Positions 48,047-57,431 of a stretch of 64,000 bases of DNA are shown here, piece by piece. Below the pieces are notes generated by a model. The model had not been told where the DNA came from, did not search any database, and saw nothing but the letters and a program-made list of their open reading frames with translations. Positions within the stretch are counted from its first letter, which is position 1; every line of letters begins with the position of its first letter. A program made the position numbers and the translations under genes. Location of the stretch: NCBI GenBank assembly GCA_963663165.1, contig OY760175.1:5024001-5088000 (forward strand), in the 5' to 3' direction. The stretch comes from an uncultured Desulfospira sp. Its GTDB lineage: Bacteria > Desulfobacterota > Desulfobacteria > Desulfobacterales > Desulfobacteraceae.

Positions 48047-49321
48047 GTGTTTTTTAACTCCCGGTTTTATTACCCGGTCTTCACGGTTCTTTTTCTTGAT
48101 TTCGGACTGACCCTGGCCCAGTTTTCCCTTCTCAACGCGGTCTGGGCCGCCACCATTGTTGTGGCTGAGGTGCCGTCCGGGGCACTGGCCGATTGTATCG
48201 GCCGCAAACGGCTGCTGGTATCTGCTGCCCTCATCATGGCCGTTGAAATCGGGGTGATTGCCTTTATCCCTGAGACCCGGCCGTCTGTTGTATTCGGGGC
48301 CTTTCTGGTCAACCGGGTCCTCAGCGGACTGGCAGAGGCGGCGGCCAGCGGCGCTGATGAGGCCCTGGCCTATGATTCCCTGGCCCAACAGGGCCTGTCG
48401 GCCCACTGGGGAAGGGTTCTGGAAGTTCTCATGGCGTTTCAGGCCATGGGCTTCATCATTGCAATGACCGTGGGGGCAATGGTTTATGATCCGGTCCTTG
48501 TATCCCGGGTGTGCGGCTTTTTGGGATTTGACGGAAGCATAGCCCAGGAAACCACCATGCGGTTTCCCCTTTATCTCACATTGATAACCGCCGGTCTGAC
48601 CATTGTTGCCAGCCTGAACATGACTGAGTCTGATGCCGGCCCAAAACCTGCCGTCCATGGCAACAAGGGACCGGCCCGCTCTCTGACCCTTAAGGCCGGC
48701 CTCTGGATAATCAGAACCCCTTTTGTCCTGACGGTCATGCTGTTCGGCATGCTGTTTGACGGGGTGATCCGCATGGTCATCACCCTGTCCAGCCAGTATT
48801 ACCGGGTGATCGGCTTACCCGAATCCCTGTTCGGCGTGATGGGGGCACTGACAGCGGTCCTGGGCCTTGTCATCCCCAAATTGGCCCGGATCATAGCCGA
48901 AACATACCGGCCGGCCCATGCCCTGGGCATCACCTTTTCCGTTGCCCTTGCCGGCCTGTGGGCCATGAATTTCTTCTGGCCGCACCTTGGGGCGGTACCT
49001 GCCCTGGCCGTTTTCAGTGCCATGTATTTTAACGGGTTTTTCATCAGCTTTTATATCAACCAAATGGCCTCCTCGGATCAACGGGCCACCGTCCTGAGTT
49101 TCAAGGGGCTGGCCTGCAATGTTTTCTACGGCACCCTGGGGCTCGCATATGCGGCCCTGGTCAAGGCAAAGCGCCTGGGCCTGGATCTGTCGGACCCGGA
49201 AAACCAAATTTTCATGGATACCTTTTGCTGGTTTCCCGTTACCCTCGTTGCCGGCTTTTTGATTCTTATGTTGATTTGTTTTATTCAGCTTAGGAGAGAT
49301 GCCCGTGATCAGGGCCTTTGA
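48047..49321 (+). CDS. MFS transporter (real start probably about 48005)
   Basis: EVPSGALAD..GRK, SGADEALAYDSL, many transmembrane segments. Confidence 0.85.
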   Translation: MFFNSRFYYPVFTVLFLDFGLTLAQFSLLNAVWAATIVVAEVPSGALADCIGRKRLLVSAALIMAVEIGVIAFIPETRPSVVFGAFLVNRVLSGLAEAAASGADEALAYDSLAQQGLSAHWGRVLEVLMAFQAMGFIIAMTVGAMVYDPVLVSRVCGFLGFDGSIAQETTMRFPLYLTLITAGLTIVASLNMTESDAGPKPAVHGNKGPARSLTLKAGLWIIRTPFVLTVMLFGMLFDGVIRMVITLSSQYYRVIGLPESLFGVMGALTAVLGLVIPKLARIIAETYRPAHALGITFSVALAGLWAMNFFWPHLGAVPALAVFSAMYFNGFFISFYINQMASSDQRATVLSFKGLACNVFYGTLGLAYAALVKAKRLGLDLSDPENQIFMDTFCWFPVTLVAGFLILMLICFIQLRRDARDQGL

Positions 49322-49582
49322 AAAACCGGTGAACCGGTGTTTGTCTGCCCTGAGTCCGGATGCCCCAAACGTACCCGGAACGGGCCTTGCGGCGGCAGCC
49401 GGGACGGCCAATGCGAAGTCTATCCGGACAAGCGGTGCCTGTGGGTTAAGGCCTATGACCGCCTGAGCCTCTCCGGGAACCAGAACACCTTTATGGCCGA
49501 CCGGGTTCCGCCCAGGAACTGGGAACTGAATAAAACATCGGCCTGGGTTAATTTTCATCTGAACCGGGACCACCAGAAATAA
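49298..49582 (+). pseudogene. Truncated methylene-THF reductase C-terminal (MetV-like) Cys-rich domain
   Basis: CPESGCPK..RNGPCGGS.DG.CEV...C.WVKAY; first Cys cluster missing; no good in-frame start. Confidence 0.55.
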
Positions 49583-49677
49583 GATTAAGCGCTACAGCAA
49601 AATAACAGCCCGGAGGAATCGGAACAAGCGGTCTCCCATTCCCGGTCTCCGGGCGCCATCCTTTCCGTTGATTCGAT

Positions 49678-49865
49678 ATCAGTTTTTATTGACATGTTAA
49701 GAAATCTTTATGTGTTAATCAATGCCATTAACTTAAGAAATTTGGCATAGCGCGCAGGGGTTATAAAATGGGCGCGAACGGCGCTTCGCCCTCTTGTCTC
49801 TTGTTTCTTGTCTCCAGTTTCTTATAAAAAGAACCCGCGACAACCCGCTATTAAGTTTTGTTGAT
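49678..49865. promoter_or_regulatory. Putative enhancer sites, ATCAAG-N4-CTTGAT-like
   Basis: ATCAGT-tttt-ATTGAC (49678), GTTAAG-aaat-CTTTAT (49696), ATTAAG-tttt-GTTGAT (49850). Confidence 0.55.
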
Positions 49866-49942
49866 ATTACGGGGGTGCCCAGACCCCTTTCGGTATTTCT
49901 CTATCTATTTGAAAATATTTAAAAAATTATTTATCTAAATGA

Positions 49943-49958
49943 TGGTCTGATTCTTGCT
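49943..49958 (+). promoter_or_regulatory. Sigma-54 promoter
   Basis: tGGtctgattctTGCt, GG-N10-GC. Confidence 0.6.
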
Positions 49959-50061
49959 CTTCTCCTGAATTATACATAGGCAGACGCCTTAATCTTTATT
50001 CTTTTAATGAACGATATTTAAACAGATTGACTGACCATGGTTAATCGAAAAGGAGGATTTT

Positions 50062-51354
50062 GTGAATCAGACAGACGCAATGGGACAGACCAAAAGCAAC
50101 GGGGTAAATGATTTTTTAAGACCAAATCACCTGATTTCACCTGAAGCCCAGATGTACTGCAAAGCATTAAGGGAATTTATCAATAAGGAAATTATTCCGG
50201 TTGAAGATCAGTTTGATGAATACTGGGACTGGTCCGAGCGGGGCGGAGACACCATGATCGATGCCATCTGGCATAAGCTGCTGATTGATATGGAGCTTCA
50301 GCATTCCTTTATCCCGCCGGAATTCGGGGGCAGCGGCGGCCCGTCACTGGTGGACGCCTGTGCGCTGGTCTCTGAGGTTTCCAGAGGGGATTTTGGCCTG
50401 GCCTGTTCCGGATTTATCAGCTCCTGGGCCATTGCCGGGTTAATGCTGCCCAAGGTCAATGAACCGCTGCTCAAAAAGATTGCGGATTACATGTGCGGCA
50501 ACAAGGTGTACATGATCTGCAGCGCCATTACCGAGCCCCACTCCGGCGGATCTGTGGAAGACCACCGGATGAAGGGGGCAGGGATTCAGACCACGGCCCG
50601 TCTTGAGGGGGATCAGTGGGTGATTGACGGGCATAAGCTGTGGCCGTCGGCTTACCGGGAGGCCAAAATGTTCCGTGTCCTCTGTCGGGTGGAAGGGGCC
50701 GAAGCACCATATAACCTGGCCCAGATATTTGTCCCGGCCGACACCCCCGGTCTCTCCACCAGCAAGCCGTATCAGAAGATGGGATCATCCATCGATACCA
50801 ATGGCGATATCTGGTTTAACAATGTCCGGGTACCGGTTGAGGCCAGGGCCCAGCAGGACCCTGTTGATGATTATACCTCTGTGATGGCCAGTGTCACCAT
50901 TGGCCGCCTCACCTCTTCGGCCTTTCCCATGGGGGTGATGAAACGGGCTTATGAATTGATCAAGGCGTATGTTGATATTCGCATCATCGCCGGCAAACCC
51001 ATGAGGGAACACGGGGTGGTTGTCCATGAACTGGGCACCATTGCCAAGGATATCCTGACGGCGGAAGCCATGCTGTACAGCGTAGCGGCCCGGTTTGACA
51101 ACCCGGACGTTTACGGTTTTCCATGGGACTTAAAAAATCAGGCCCTGGCCAGTGCCTGCCAGAATACCGTTGCCGGGCTCGGCATCAGCGTGGTTAACCG
51201 GGCAATGGACCTGATGGGTTCCTACGGATATTCCAAAGATGGCAAAATGGAGAAACTGCTAAGGGACATCAAAATTACCAATATCATTGTCGGTGGCCCG
51301 CTGCTGCGGCTGACGGAGCTGTCCCGCTGCTATTTCGGCACCCAGACCGTTTAA
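50062..51354 (+). CDS. Acyl-CoA dehydrogenase
   Basis: AITEPHSG, WVIDGHKLWPS, FNNVRVP, MGSYGYS...EKLLRDIK; AGGAGG RBS. Confidence 0.93.
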   Translation: MNQTDAMGQTKSNGVNDFLRPNHLISPEAQMYCKALREFINKEIIPVEDQFDEYWDWSERGGDTMIDAIWHKLLIDMELQHSFIPPEFGGSGGPSLVDACALVSEVSRGDFGLACSGFISSWAIAGLMLPKVNEPLLKKIADYMCGNKVYMICSAITEPHSGGSVEDHRMKGAGIQTTARLEGDQWVIDGHKLWPSAYREAKMFRVLCRVEGAEAPYNLAQIFVPADTPGLSTSKPYQKMGSSIDTNGDIWFNNVRVPVEARAQQDPVDDYTSVMASVTIGRLTSSAFPMGVMKRAYELIKAYVDIRIIAGKPMREHGVVVHELGTIAKDILTAEAMLYSVAARFDNPDVYGFPWDLKNQALASACQNTVAGLGISVVNRAMDLMGSYGYSKDGKMEKLLRDIKITNIIVGGPLLRLTELSRCYFGTQTV

Positions 51355-51435
51355 GGGGTAAAGAAAAAAATATTTTTTCCGCATTAACTGCCATCACAAT
51401 CAAACATACCCCAGGGTATTAGAAAGGAGACATAT

Positions 51436-52284
51436 ATGAGACGTTTAACCGGTCTGCTGTGCGCACTTTTGTTTATTGCTGTTCCAAACGGTGTTCTGGC
51501 GAGCAATGCAAGAGACTATATCCCCCTGCCGGCGGGAACCAAACTGGTCAACCTGTACTATGACATGTCCTTTGGTGATGAACTTTACCAGGATTCCGAT
51601 AAGGTGACCAGCGGCATGGATATGGACATTAATCTCGGTGTCCTCAGGCCCATTTATTATACCGAAATTGGCGGTATGATCGTCGCGCCCCAATTTATCC
51701 TGCCCTTTGGCAAGGCCGGGCTCAACGGCGAGCAGTCCAGCGGTCTGAGCGATCTGTTGCTGGCCTGTGCCATTTTTCCCATAAACGACATGCAAAACAA
51801 GTTTTTCCTGGCCTACATGCCCTTTCTTACGGTTCCCATTGGTGAGTATGACCGGGATAAACTTGTTAACCTCGGCAACAACCGCTGGGCCACCAAGCAT
51901 GAGCTGGCGGTGGGCAAGGGCTTTGGTGAGAAAGTCTGGCTGGAGTGGGTCAGCTCGGTGGAATTTTTCTTTGACAATGACGATGCCGGTGCCCGGTCAG
52001 TGGACTTGGCCAGGGATGAACTGTACAAATCAGAATTACACCTGAGCTACAGCTTTACCAAACGGTTCTTTGCCTCGGTGGATTACTATTTCGCCTATGG
52101 CGGAGAAACCGAGCTTGACGGCGTCAGCCAGGACGACAAGCTCCGGACCCATACCATGGGGATGTCTTGTTTTTTCATGCTCAATGACAATACCCAGGCC
52201 ATGGTCGATTTCCGGCGGGATCTGGATGTAAGGTGCGGCATTAAAACCAGTGAGATAACCTTCAGACTGGCCTACCTGTTTTAA
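51436..52284 (+). CDS. Outer-membrane beta-barrel channel (SphA / phenol MetA-pathway-like)
   Basis: Signal peptide, ARDYIPLPAG, SGLSD, PIGEYD...NLGNNRW, terminal YLF. Confidence 0.75.
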   Translation: MRRLTGLLCALLFIAVPNGVLASNARDYIPLPAGTKLVNLYYDMSFGDELYQDSDKVTSGMDMDINLGVLRPIYYTEIGGMIVAPQFILPFGKAGLNGEQSSGLSDLLLACAIFPINDMQNKFFLAYMPFLTVPIGEYDRDKLVNLGNNRWATKHELAVGKGFGEKVWLEWVSSVEFFFDNDDAGARSVDLARDELYKSELHLSYSFTKRFFASVDYYFAYGGETELDGVSQDDKLRTHTMGMSCFFMLNDNTQAMVDFRRDLDVRCGIKTSEITFRLAYLF

Positions 52285-52324
52285 CTATAACCACCGGCTA
52301 AAAAAACGGCATTCTCCACCGGTT

Positions 52325-52361
52325 AAAAGAATCCGTCAATTCCCATTGACGGGTTCTTTTT
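52325..52361. terminator. Bidirectional rho-independent terminator
   Basis: aaaagaatccgtcaat-tccc-attgacgggttcttttt between convergent genes. Confidence 0.75.
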
Positions 52362-52377
52362 AAAAACCAACAGAAAA

Positions 52378-54483
52378 TCAGGTCTCTGCAGGCAGGGATA
52401 AAGTGACTTTTGTTCCCTGTCCCACGGCGGAATCAAAAGAGAGGGTGCCTTTGTGTTCTTTTAAGATAGCCGTGCATACACTCAGGCCCAACCCGGTTCC
52501 GCCGCTGTTGGATTTGGTGGTAAAAAACGGCTCGGAGATCCGGGGGATATGGTCCGGGCGAATTCCGACGCCATTGTCGGTAATCCACAGCAGAACAAGG
52601 TTCTTCTCGGAATCAAAAGCGGTTTCAATTAAAATCCGGCCGTCTTTTTCAGTAAGGGCCTGGAGTGAATTTAAAACCAGGTTGACCACCACCTGTTCCA
52701 GCCGCTGAAAATTTCCGGGCACCGGGGGCAACGGGTCCAATAACCGCTTTAAGACAATCACCGTCCGGTTTTTGAGCTGGGTGGAGACCAGGGTCAAGGC
52801 CGTCTGGATTACCTCGTTGAGATTCACCGACTGCAATTTGGTCTGTTCGTCCCTTCGGGCAAAGCTTTTCATGTTTTTGACAATTTTGCGGATTCGCTGG
52901 GAACCGGCTTCGATTCCCTCAAAAAGCACGGGGATTTCTTTGGACATTTCCGAATACGGGACATTGGCAATAAGAAAGTCCCCGCAGGCGTCATGGTACT
53001 TTTTTAAAATACCCGATATATCGTCCCAGGCTTTTTTGAGGATGGGGGCGTTCAAGGCTATAAAATTATTGGGATTGTTTATCTCATGGGCCACTTCTGA
53101 GGCAAGGACGCCCATGGAGACCATTTTATCGGCTTCCACCAGCTGGCGCATCCGGGTTTCGGCCTTTTCTTCCGCGGCCTTTTTTTCGGTTATATCAACG
53201 CCGATGGAGACAATATGGGTGCGGGGTTTGATGCTGTCGGCCATAATGCTGTTGGTCCAGGAGATCAAGCGGCGCTCTCCGGTTCGGGTGACAATCATAT
53301 TCTCAAAGGAAGAGGGGAAATCGATATCCTGGGCATGGGGAAACATGTTCCTCATTTTATCCCGGCTGTTCCGGGCCATCCCGATCTCCCAGACATATTT
53401 GCCGATAACCTCGTTCCGGTCATACCCGGTCAGGCGCTCGCAGGTTTTATTGAACCTCACGATCTGTCCGTACCGGTCCATGACCATGATCAAAGGCCCG
53501 GCATTGTTCAATACGGCCAATGTAAAGTTTCGCTCTTCGCGCAGCCGCTCATCGGTCTTTTTGCGATGGATCTCTGCGGCCAGACGGTTGGCAATGGTGC
53601 CGAGCCGTTCCATGGTCAGATCTGTTTCCATGCGTTGAATCACATCCACCAGAACAATGGCGCCGATGACCTGTCCCTGGATTTTCATGGGAACCGCCAG
53701 AACCGTTTCTGCCCCGTGTTCTTTCAAATAGTATTGGTCGAACCGGTTTGTGGTGCTCAGCCCGGAAATATTTAAACTTTCACCGTTTTCCATTACGATT
53801 CCGGTAAAGGTCCGGGAAACGGACAGGCTGTCCAGTGTCGGAAAATTCCCATTCAGATCGGTTCCCCCAATGGCGATAATTTCATCAGGATGTTCTCCGC
53901 ATAGGGTAATGACCCCATAGGCATAAGCGAATCTGGACAGAATATGCCCGATTAATTTTTTGCAAATCCTCTGCAAGCGGTCCTCTTCGTGAAAGAGTTC
54001 ACTGATCCGGTTGAGGATATCCATAACACTGTACCGGTTTTTCAGGTTGGAAATATCCTGGGCCACAAACATTCTGCCGGGCAGAATGTCTCCGTTTTGA
54101 AATATAGGATAGGTCCGGGTATAAAAAAGACGACCGCTAAAGGGATTGTTTTCAATGGCCTCGGCCCTGTTGGAATGCAGCCCCATGATGACCGGGCAGC
54201 CGTCGCAGGGTTCTGCAAGCTTGCAGCTGACCTCGAAAAACGGTCTGCCAACCATTTGTTCCGGTGTTAATCCATGATCTGCTGCAGCGGCGTAATTGGC
54301 CCACAGCACTTTCAAATTCTGATCATAGTAGATGATGAAATCAGGCATGGCGTCCAGAAGGGACCTGAAGGGGGTTTCATCAAGCTCAGGGCCGGTAAAG
54401 TGGTCTCCTGTCTCAGGGGCAGGGGTATAAAAGCAGGCTGAATCTAAAACACAACCCTGGGCTGGATTATCAAATTTGGCCAT
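52378..54483 (-). CDS. Cytoplasmic PAS-GAF-PAS sensor histidine kinase
   Basis: AHEINNP H-box, NLVLNS, DNGVGI, FFTTK, GTGLGL; PAS with CxxxxxCxxCP. Confidence 0.93.
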   Translation of the reverse strand: MAKFDNPAQGCVLDSACFYTPAPETGDHFTGPELDETPFRSLLDAMPDFIIYYDQNLKVLWANYAAAADHGLTPEQMVGRPFFEVSCKLAEPCDGCPVIMGLHSNRAEAIENNPFSGRLFYTRTYPIFQNGDILPGRMFVAQDISNLKNRYSVMDILNRISELFHEEDRLQRICKKLIGHILSRFAYAYGVITLCGEHPDEIIAIGGTDLNGNFPTLDSLSVSRTFTGIVMENGESLNISGLSTTNRFDQYYLKEHGAETVLAVPMKIQGQVIGAIVLVDVIQRMETDLTMERLGTIANRLAAEIHRKKTDERLREERNFTLAVLNNAGPLIMVMDRYGQIVRFNKTCERLTGYDRNEVIGKYVWEIGMARNSRDKMRNMFPHAQDIDFPSSFENMIVTRTGERRLISWTNSIMADSIKPRTHIVSIGVDITEKKAAEEKAETRMRQLVEADKMVSMGVLASEVAHEINNPNNFIALNAPILKKAWDDISGILKKYHDACGDFLIANVPYSEMSKEIPVLFEGIEAGSQRIRKIVKNMKSFARRDEQTKLQSVNLNEVIQTALTLVSTQLKNRTVIVLKRLLDPLPPVPGNFQRLEQVVVNLVLNSLQALTEKDGRILIETAFDSEKNLVLLWITDNGVGIRPDHIPRISEPFFTTKSNSGGTGLGLSVCTAILKEHKGTLSFDSAVGQGTKVTLSLPAET

Positions 54484-54912
54484 GTCCCTCCCCCCCTTTT
54501 TTTGCAACGGGCTCAATTATATGATTGTTCTGGGGGTTGCGGCATCCTTACATGAAGGAACAGTAAGGGCACAAACGGGGTTCAGGCAGCAGCTTTTTTC
54601 AGGGTGCCAACGCCTCCAGGTCTTGGTATTATCAGTCATCTATAAACAGGTAAAAAGACGGGGCCTAATGGTTCTCATTGCCGGCATTTCCAATAAAGGC
54701 AAAGACCCGGCCGGACCTTTTTCCCTGTATGCATAGACGGGGATATCATAGATATTACATCAATGACAAGCGGTTTACCTGATTAGGGGATTAGGCTGGT
54801 CTATGGCTGCGCATCTTTTCAGCCTACCCCCAGGGCGATCACATTATGTAAAATTGAATTAAATTTTTAATATAATTGAATCTTGGATTATCATATTACA
54901 GGTGATGGTGGT

Positions 54913-54981
54913 GTAGGGGCAATTCATGAATTGCCCACGTAAAGGTTATTCATAAAAGGGCGATTCATGAATCGCCCCTAC
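54913..54981. repeat. GTAG-family REP doublet
   Basis: GTAGgggcaattcatgaattgccc ... gggcgattcatgaatcgcccCTAC. Confidence 0.75.
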
Positions 54982-55020
54982 GACCGACCCACCACCACCT
55001 CATCCGGTCTCCTTTTCTAA

Positions 55021-55815
55021 TCAGATCTTGTTTGACGCAATGACCGCCGCGCCTAAGGCACCGATAACCTGGGGGTCAATGTCATCGGGGAAACTGACAA
55101 ACTCCTGTCCAAGGGTTTGTTTGAGCATCTCCACAACCCCGGTGTTCTTGGCCACCCCGCCGGTGACAACGATTTCTTTTTCCACCCCCACCCTCCGGGC
55201 CAGTGTTTTAAGGCGGTTGGCCACAGATTTGTGCAGCCCCTTGATAATGGAGGGCAACGGGACCTCTTCATTGACCAGGTTAATCACTTCCGATTCAGCA
55301 AATACGCTGCACATGCTGCTGATCAATGCGGGTTCACCGTCCTGGAAATGCAGGTTAGCCATCTGCCGGATATCCATGTCCATGGTCCGGGCCATGAAGT
55401 CTAAAAACCGCCCGGTGCCGGCGGCACATTTATCGTTCATGGCAAATTCCCGGAGGTTGCCCGAAGGGTCAACCCCGATGGCCTTGGTATCCTGGCCGCC
55501 GATATCAATGATGGTCCTGACGTCCGGCAGAAGGTAATGGGCCCCCCGGGCGTGGCAGGAAATTTCAGAGGTGTTTTCATGGGCAAAGTCAACCTTGGCC
55601 CGGCCGTATCCGGTGCCCACGATGTATGATACCCGGCCGCTGTCTATTTTGGCGGCATCAAGGGCTTTTTGGAACACTTCCCTGGCGGTCTTGGACGGGT
55701 TAACGGTGCTGGGTCCGATATAGGCGGCGACAATGTCTCCATCGGCCATTACCACGGCCTTGCTGGCGGTGCTGCCGATGTCAATGCCGACGGTAACCGT
55801 TGATGAACTGGGCAC
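55021..55815 (-). CDS. ATP-dependent activase (HgdC/FldI/BcrAD family)
   Basis: GIDIGST, TGYGR, DIGGQD, NDKCAAGTG, CSVFAESE, GGVAKN. Confidence 0.95.
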   Translation of the reverse strand: MPSSSTVTVGIDIGSTASKAVVMADGDIVAAYIGPSTVNPSKTAREVFQKALDAAKIDSGRVSYIVGTGYGRAKVDFAHENTSEISCHARGAHYLLPDVRTIIDIGGQDTKAIGVDPSGNLREFAMNDKCAAGTGRFLDFMARTMDMDIRQMANLHFQDGEPALISSMCSVFAESEVINLVNEEVPLPSIIKGLHKSVANRLKTLARRVGVEKEIVVTGGVAKNTGVVEMLKQTLGQEFVSFPDDIDPQVIGALGAAVIASNKI

Positions 55816-55827
55816 AATATCCTCCTT

Positions 55828-57144
55828 TTATTTGGCGTTTTTTCTGGGTAAGACAATGTCATGTGCAAATCTGCGGAATTCTTCTTTGAGGTCTTCTTCG
55901 GACTTTACCCGGGGATCAAACATGTCATAGGCAAAGCTTAAAAGGGGAATATCTGCCTTTCGCATGGCTTCCTTGAGCAGGCCGATGAGTCCCCAGGCAT
56001 GCTTGCAGCCCATGTGCCCTGCGAAAATGGCACAATCGGCATTGAATTCATGGACCACGTTGATCAGATCGTCAATATACAAATCGGCGTTGCCTTTGAA
56101 CTGGCGGGACATGGGCATCACGATGGTCAGTTTTCGGGCAAGGCTGGTCAGGATCGCCTCAGGGCTTGAGGTGTCCAGATAGGCCTCGGGCGTGACATAT
56201 CCGAACAGGTCCATGGGGACCACCATGTCCAGTTCTTCTTCCATCCAGTCATAAAAGGGAAGGTTCCACCAGATGGGGTCATGAAACCAGATGGCCCGTA
56301 TTTTTTCATCGTTCTTTGTGGCCTTTTTGCCGGCCTGGGCCCGCTCCTTGGCATCGGCCGCCCATTCCGAGGCCAGCCATGTGCCGGCCGGGGTCCCGGA
56401 CAGGGTGTTCTGGATGATAAAACCGAAGGTCACCACCCGGCCCAGCTGAGGACAGGGCAGTTTTGTGCGGTAGTTAGACCATTCCAGCAGGTGTTCCACC
56501 ATTTTATTGCTCTCTTCGCAAATGGCCTTGAGGCGGTCCCAGTCCAGTTTTTTGCCGGTTACCCGTTCCAGGTATTTGATCTCTTCCTTTAACTGGGAGG
56601 CAATAAATTGAATCTCCCGGTCACCGGCGTAATAAGGAACATCCAGGATAAAGGGATCTTTTTTCATGATGGACCGGAACCCCTCGGCCGCCACCATCTG
56701 GCTGTCACAGGGGGTGTTCACGAAAATGCCGCCCAGGGGGGGCGGGGTCAAATTTTTAAGCATATACCCCAGGGCCAGCCGGTCTGCGGAACAGACATCC
56801 ACGGCCAGGGCATTGGCTTCGGTCAGGTCCATGACATCCATATTGATCTGATTGTCGCCGTACCAGCCCTGGAGTCCGCCAAGGGCTTCAAATCCCAAGG
56901 GTGCCACAGACCCCTCTTCCCCTAAGGCAAATACCAGTTCAGGAGAGTTTCCCAGGTTGGTATAGATAAAGGGAACCTGGTCCATCTGCAGCTGTACCAG
57001 GCCCTCCACAAGCCCCTTGGTCACGGTGAGCCAGGCGTTCCAGGCCCGGGAATCCGGATTGCCCTGATGTTTTTTGATTTCTGAATTGATACCGGAATAG
57101 ATGGTTTCCAGTTCGGTGGGGACATCAAGTCCTAAAATTGCCAT
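55828..57144 (-). CDS. 2-hydroxyacyl-CoA dehydratase / benzoyl-CoA reductase family subunit (alpha-like)
   Basis: CSADR, TPCD, LERVTGKKLD, GCKH, DMFDPR; GGAGG RBS before the ATG at 57144. Confidence 0.85.
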   Translation of the reverse strand: MAILGLDVPTELETIYSGINSEIKKHQGNPDSRAWNAWLTVTKGLVEGLVQLQMDQVPFIYTNLGNSPELVFALGEEGSVAPLGFEALGGLQGWYGDNQINMDVMDLTEANALAVDVCSADRLALGYMLKNLTPPPLGGIFVNTPCDSQMVAAEGFRSIMKKDPFILDVPYYAGDREIQFIASQLKEEIKYLERVTGKKLDWDRLKAICEESNKMVEHLLEWSNYRTKLPCPQLGRVVTFGFIIQNTLSGTPAGTWLASEWAADAKERAQAGKKATKNDEKIRAIWFHDPIWWNLPFYDWMEEELDMVVPMDLFGYVTPEAYLDTSSPEAILTSLARKLTIVMPMSRQFKGNADLYIDDLINVVHEFNADCAIFAGHMGCKHAWGLIGLLKEAMRKADIPLLSFAYDMFDPRVKSEEDLKEEFRRFAHDIVLPRKNAK

Positions 57145-57185
57145 TTCACTCCCTCCTGTGCAAAATTCCAGCGGTTCTGAATTTT

Positions 57186-57370
57186 TTTTTATATGAAACA
57201 CTCAGCAACCTGTTGAGTGCTTGCAATATTTGTTGTGGGCAGTTCTTGGTTGGATAACCAAGGCGGCCCGTGGCCGTTATATAAAAGTCTCACTAACGTC
57301 CTGAGAAGACTTTCATTATTCGTTGTGGACCGGTCCTTGGCTGGATAACCAAAGACGGTCCGTGACCGTT
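57186..57370 (-). repeat. Tandem ~92-bp structured repeat, copy B
   Basis: Reverse complement aligns unit-for-unit with 23002-23185. Confidence 0.85.
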
Positions 57371-57431
57371 AGTCATGAATTTTAATTTCCATTTGGTCCG
57401 GCCGCCCTGTCCGGCGGCGTCAGCCTATGGC

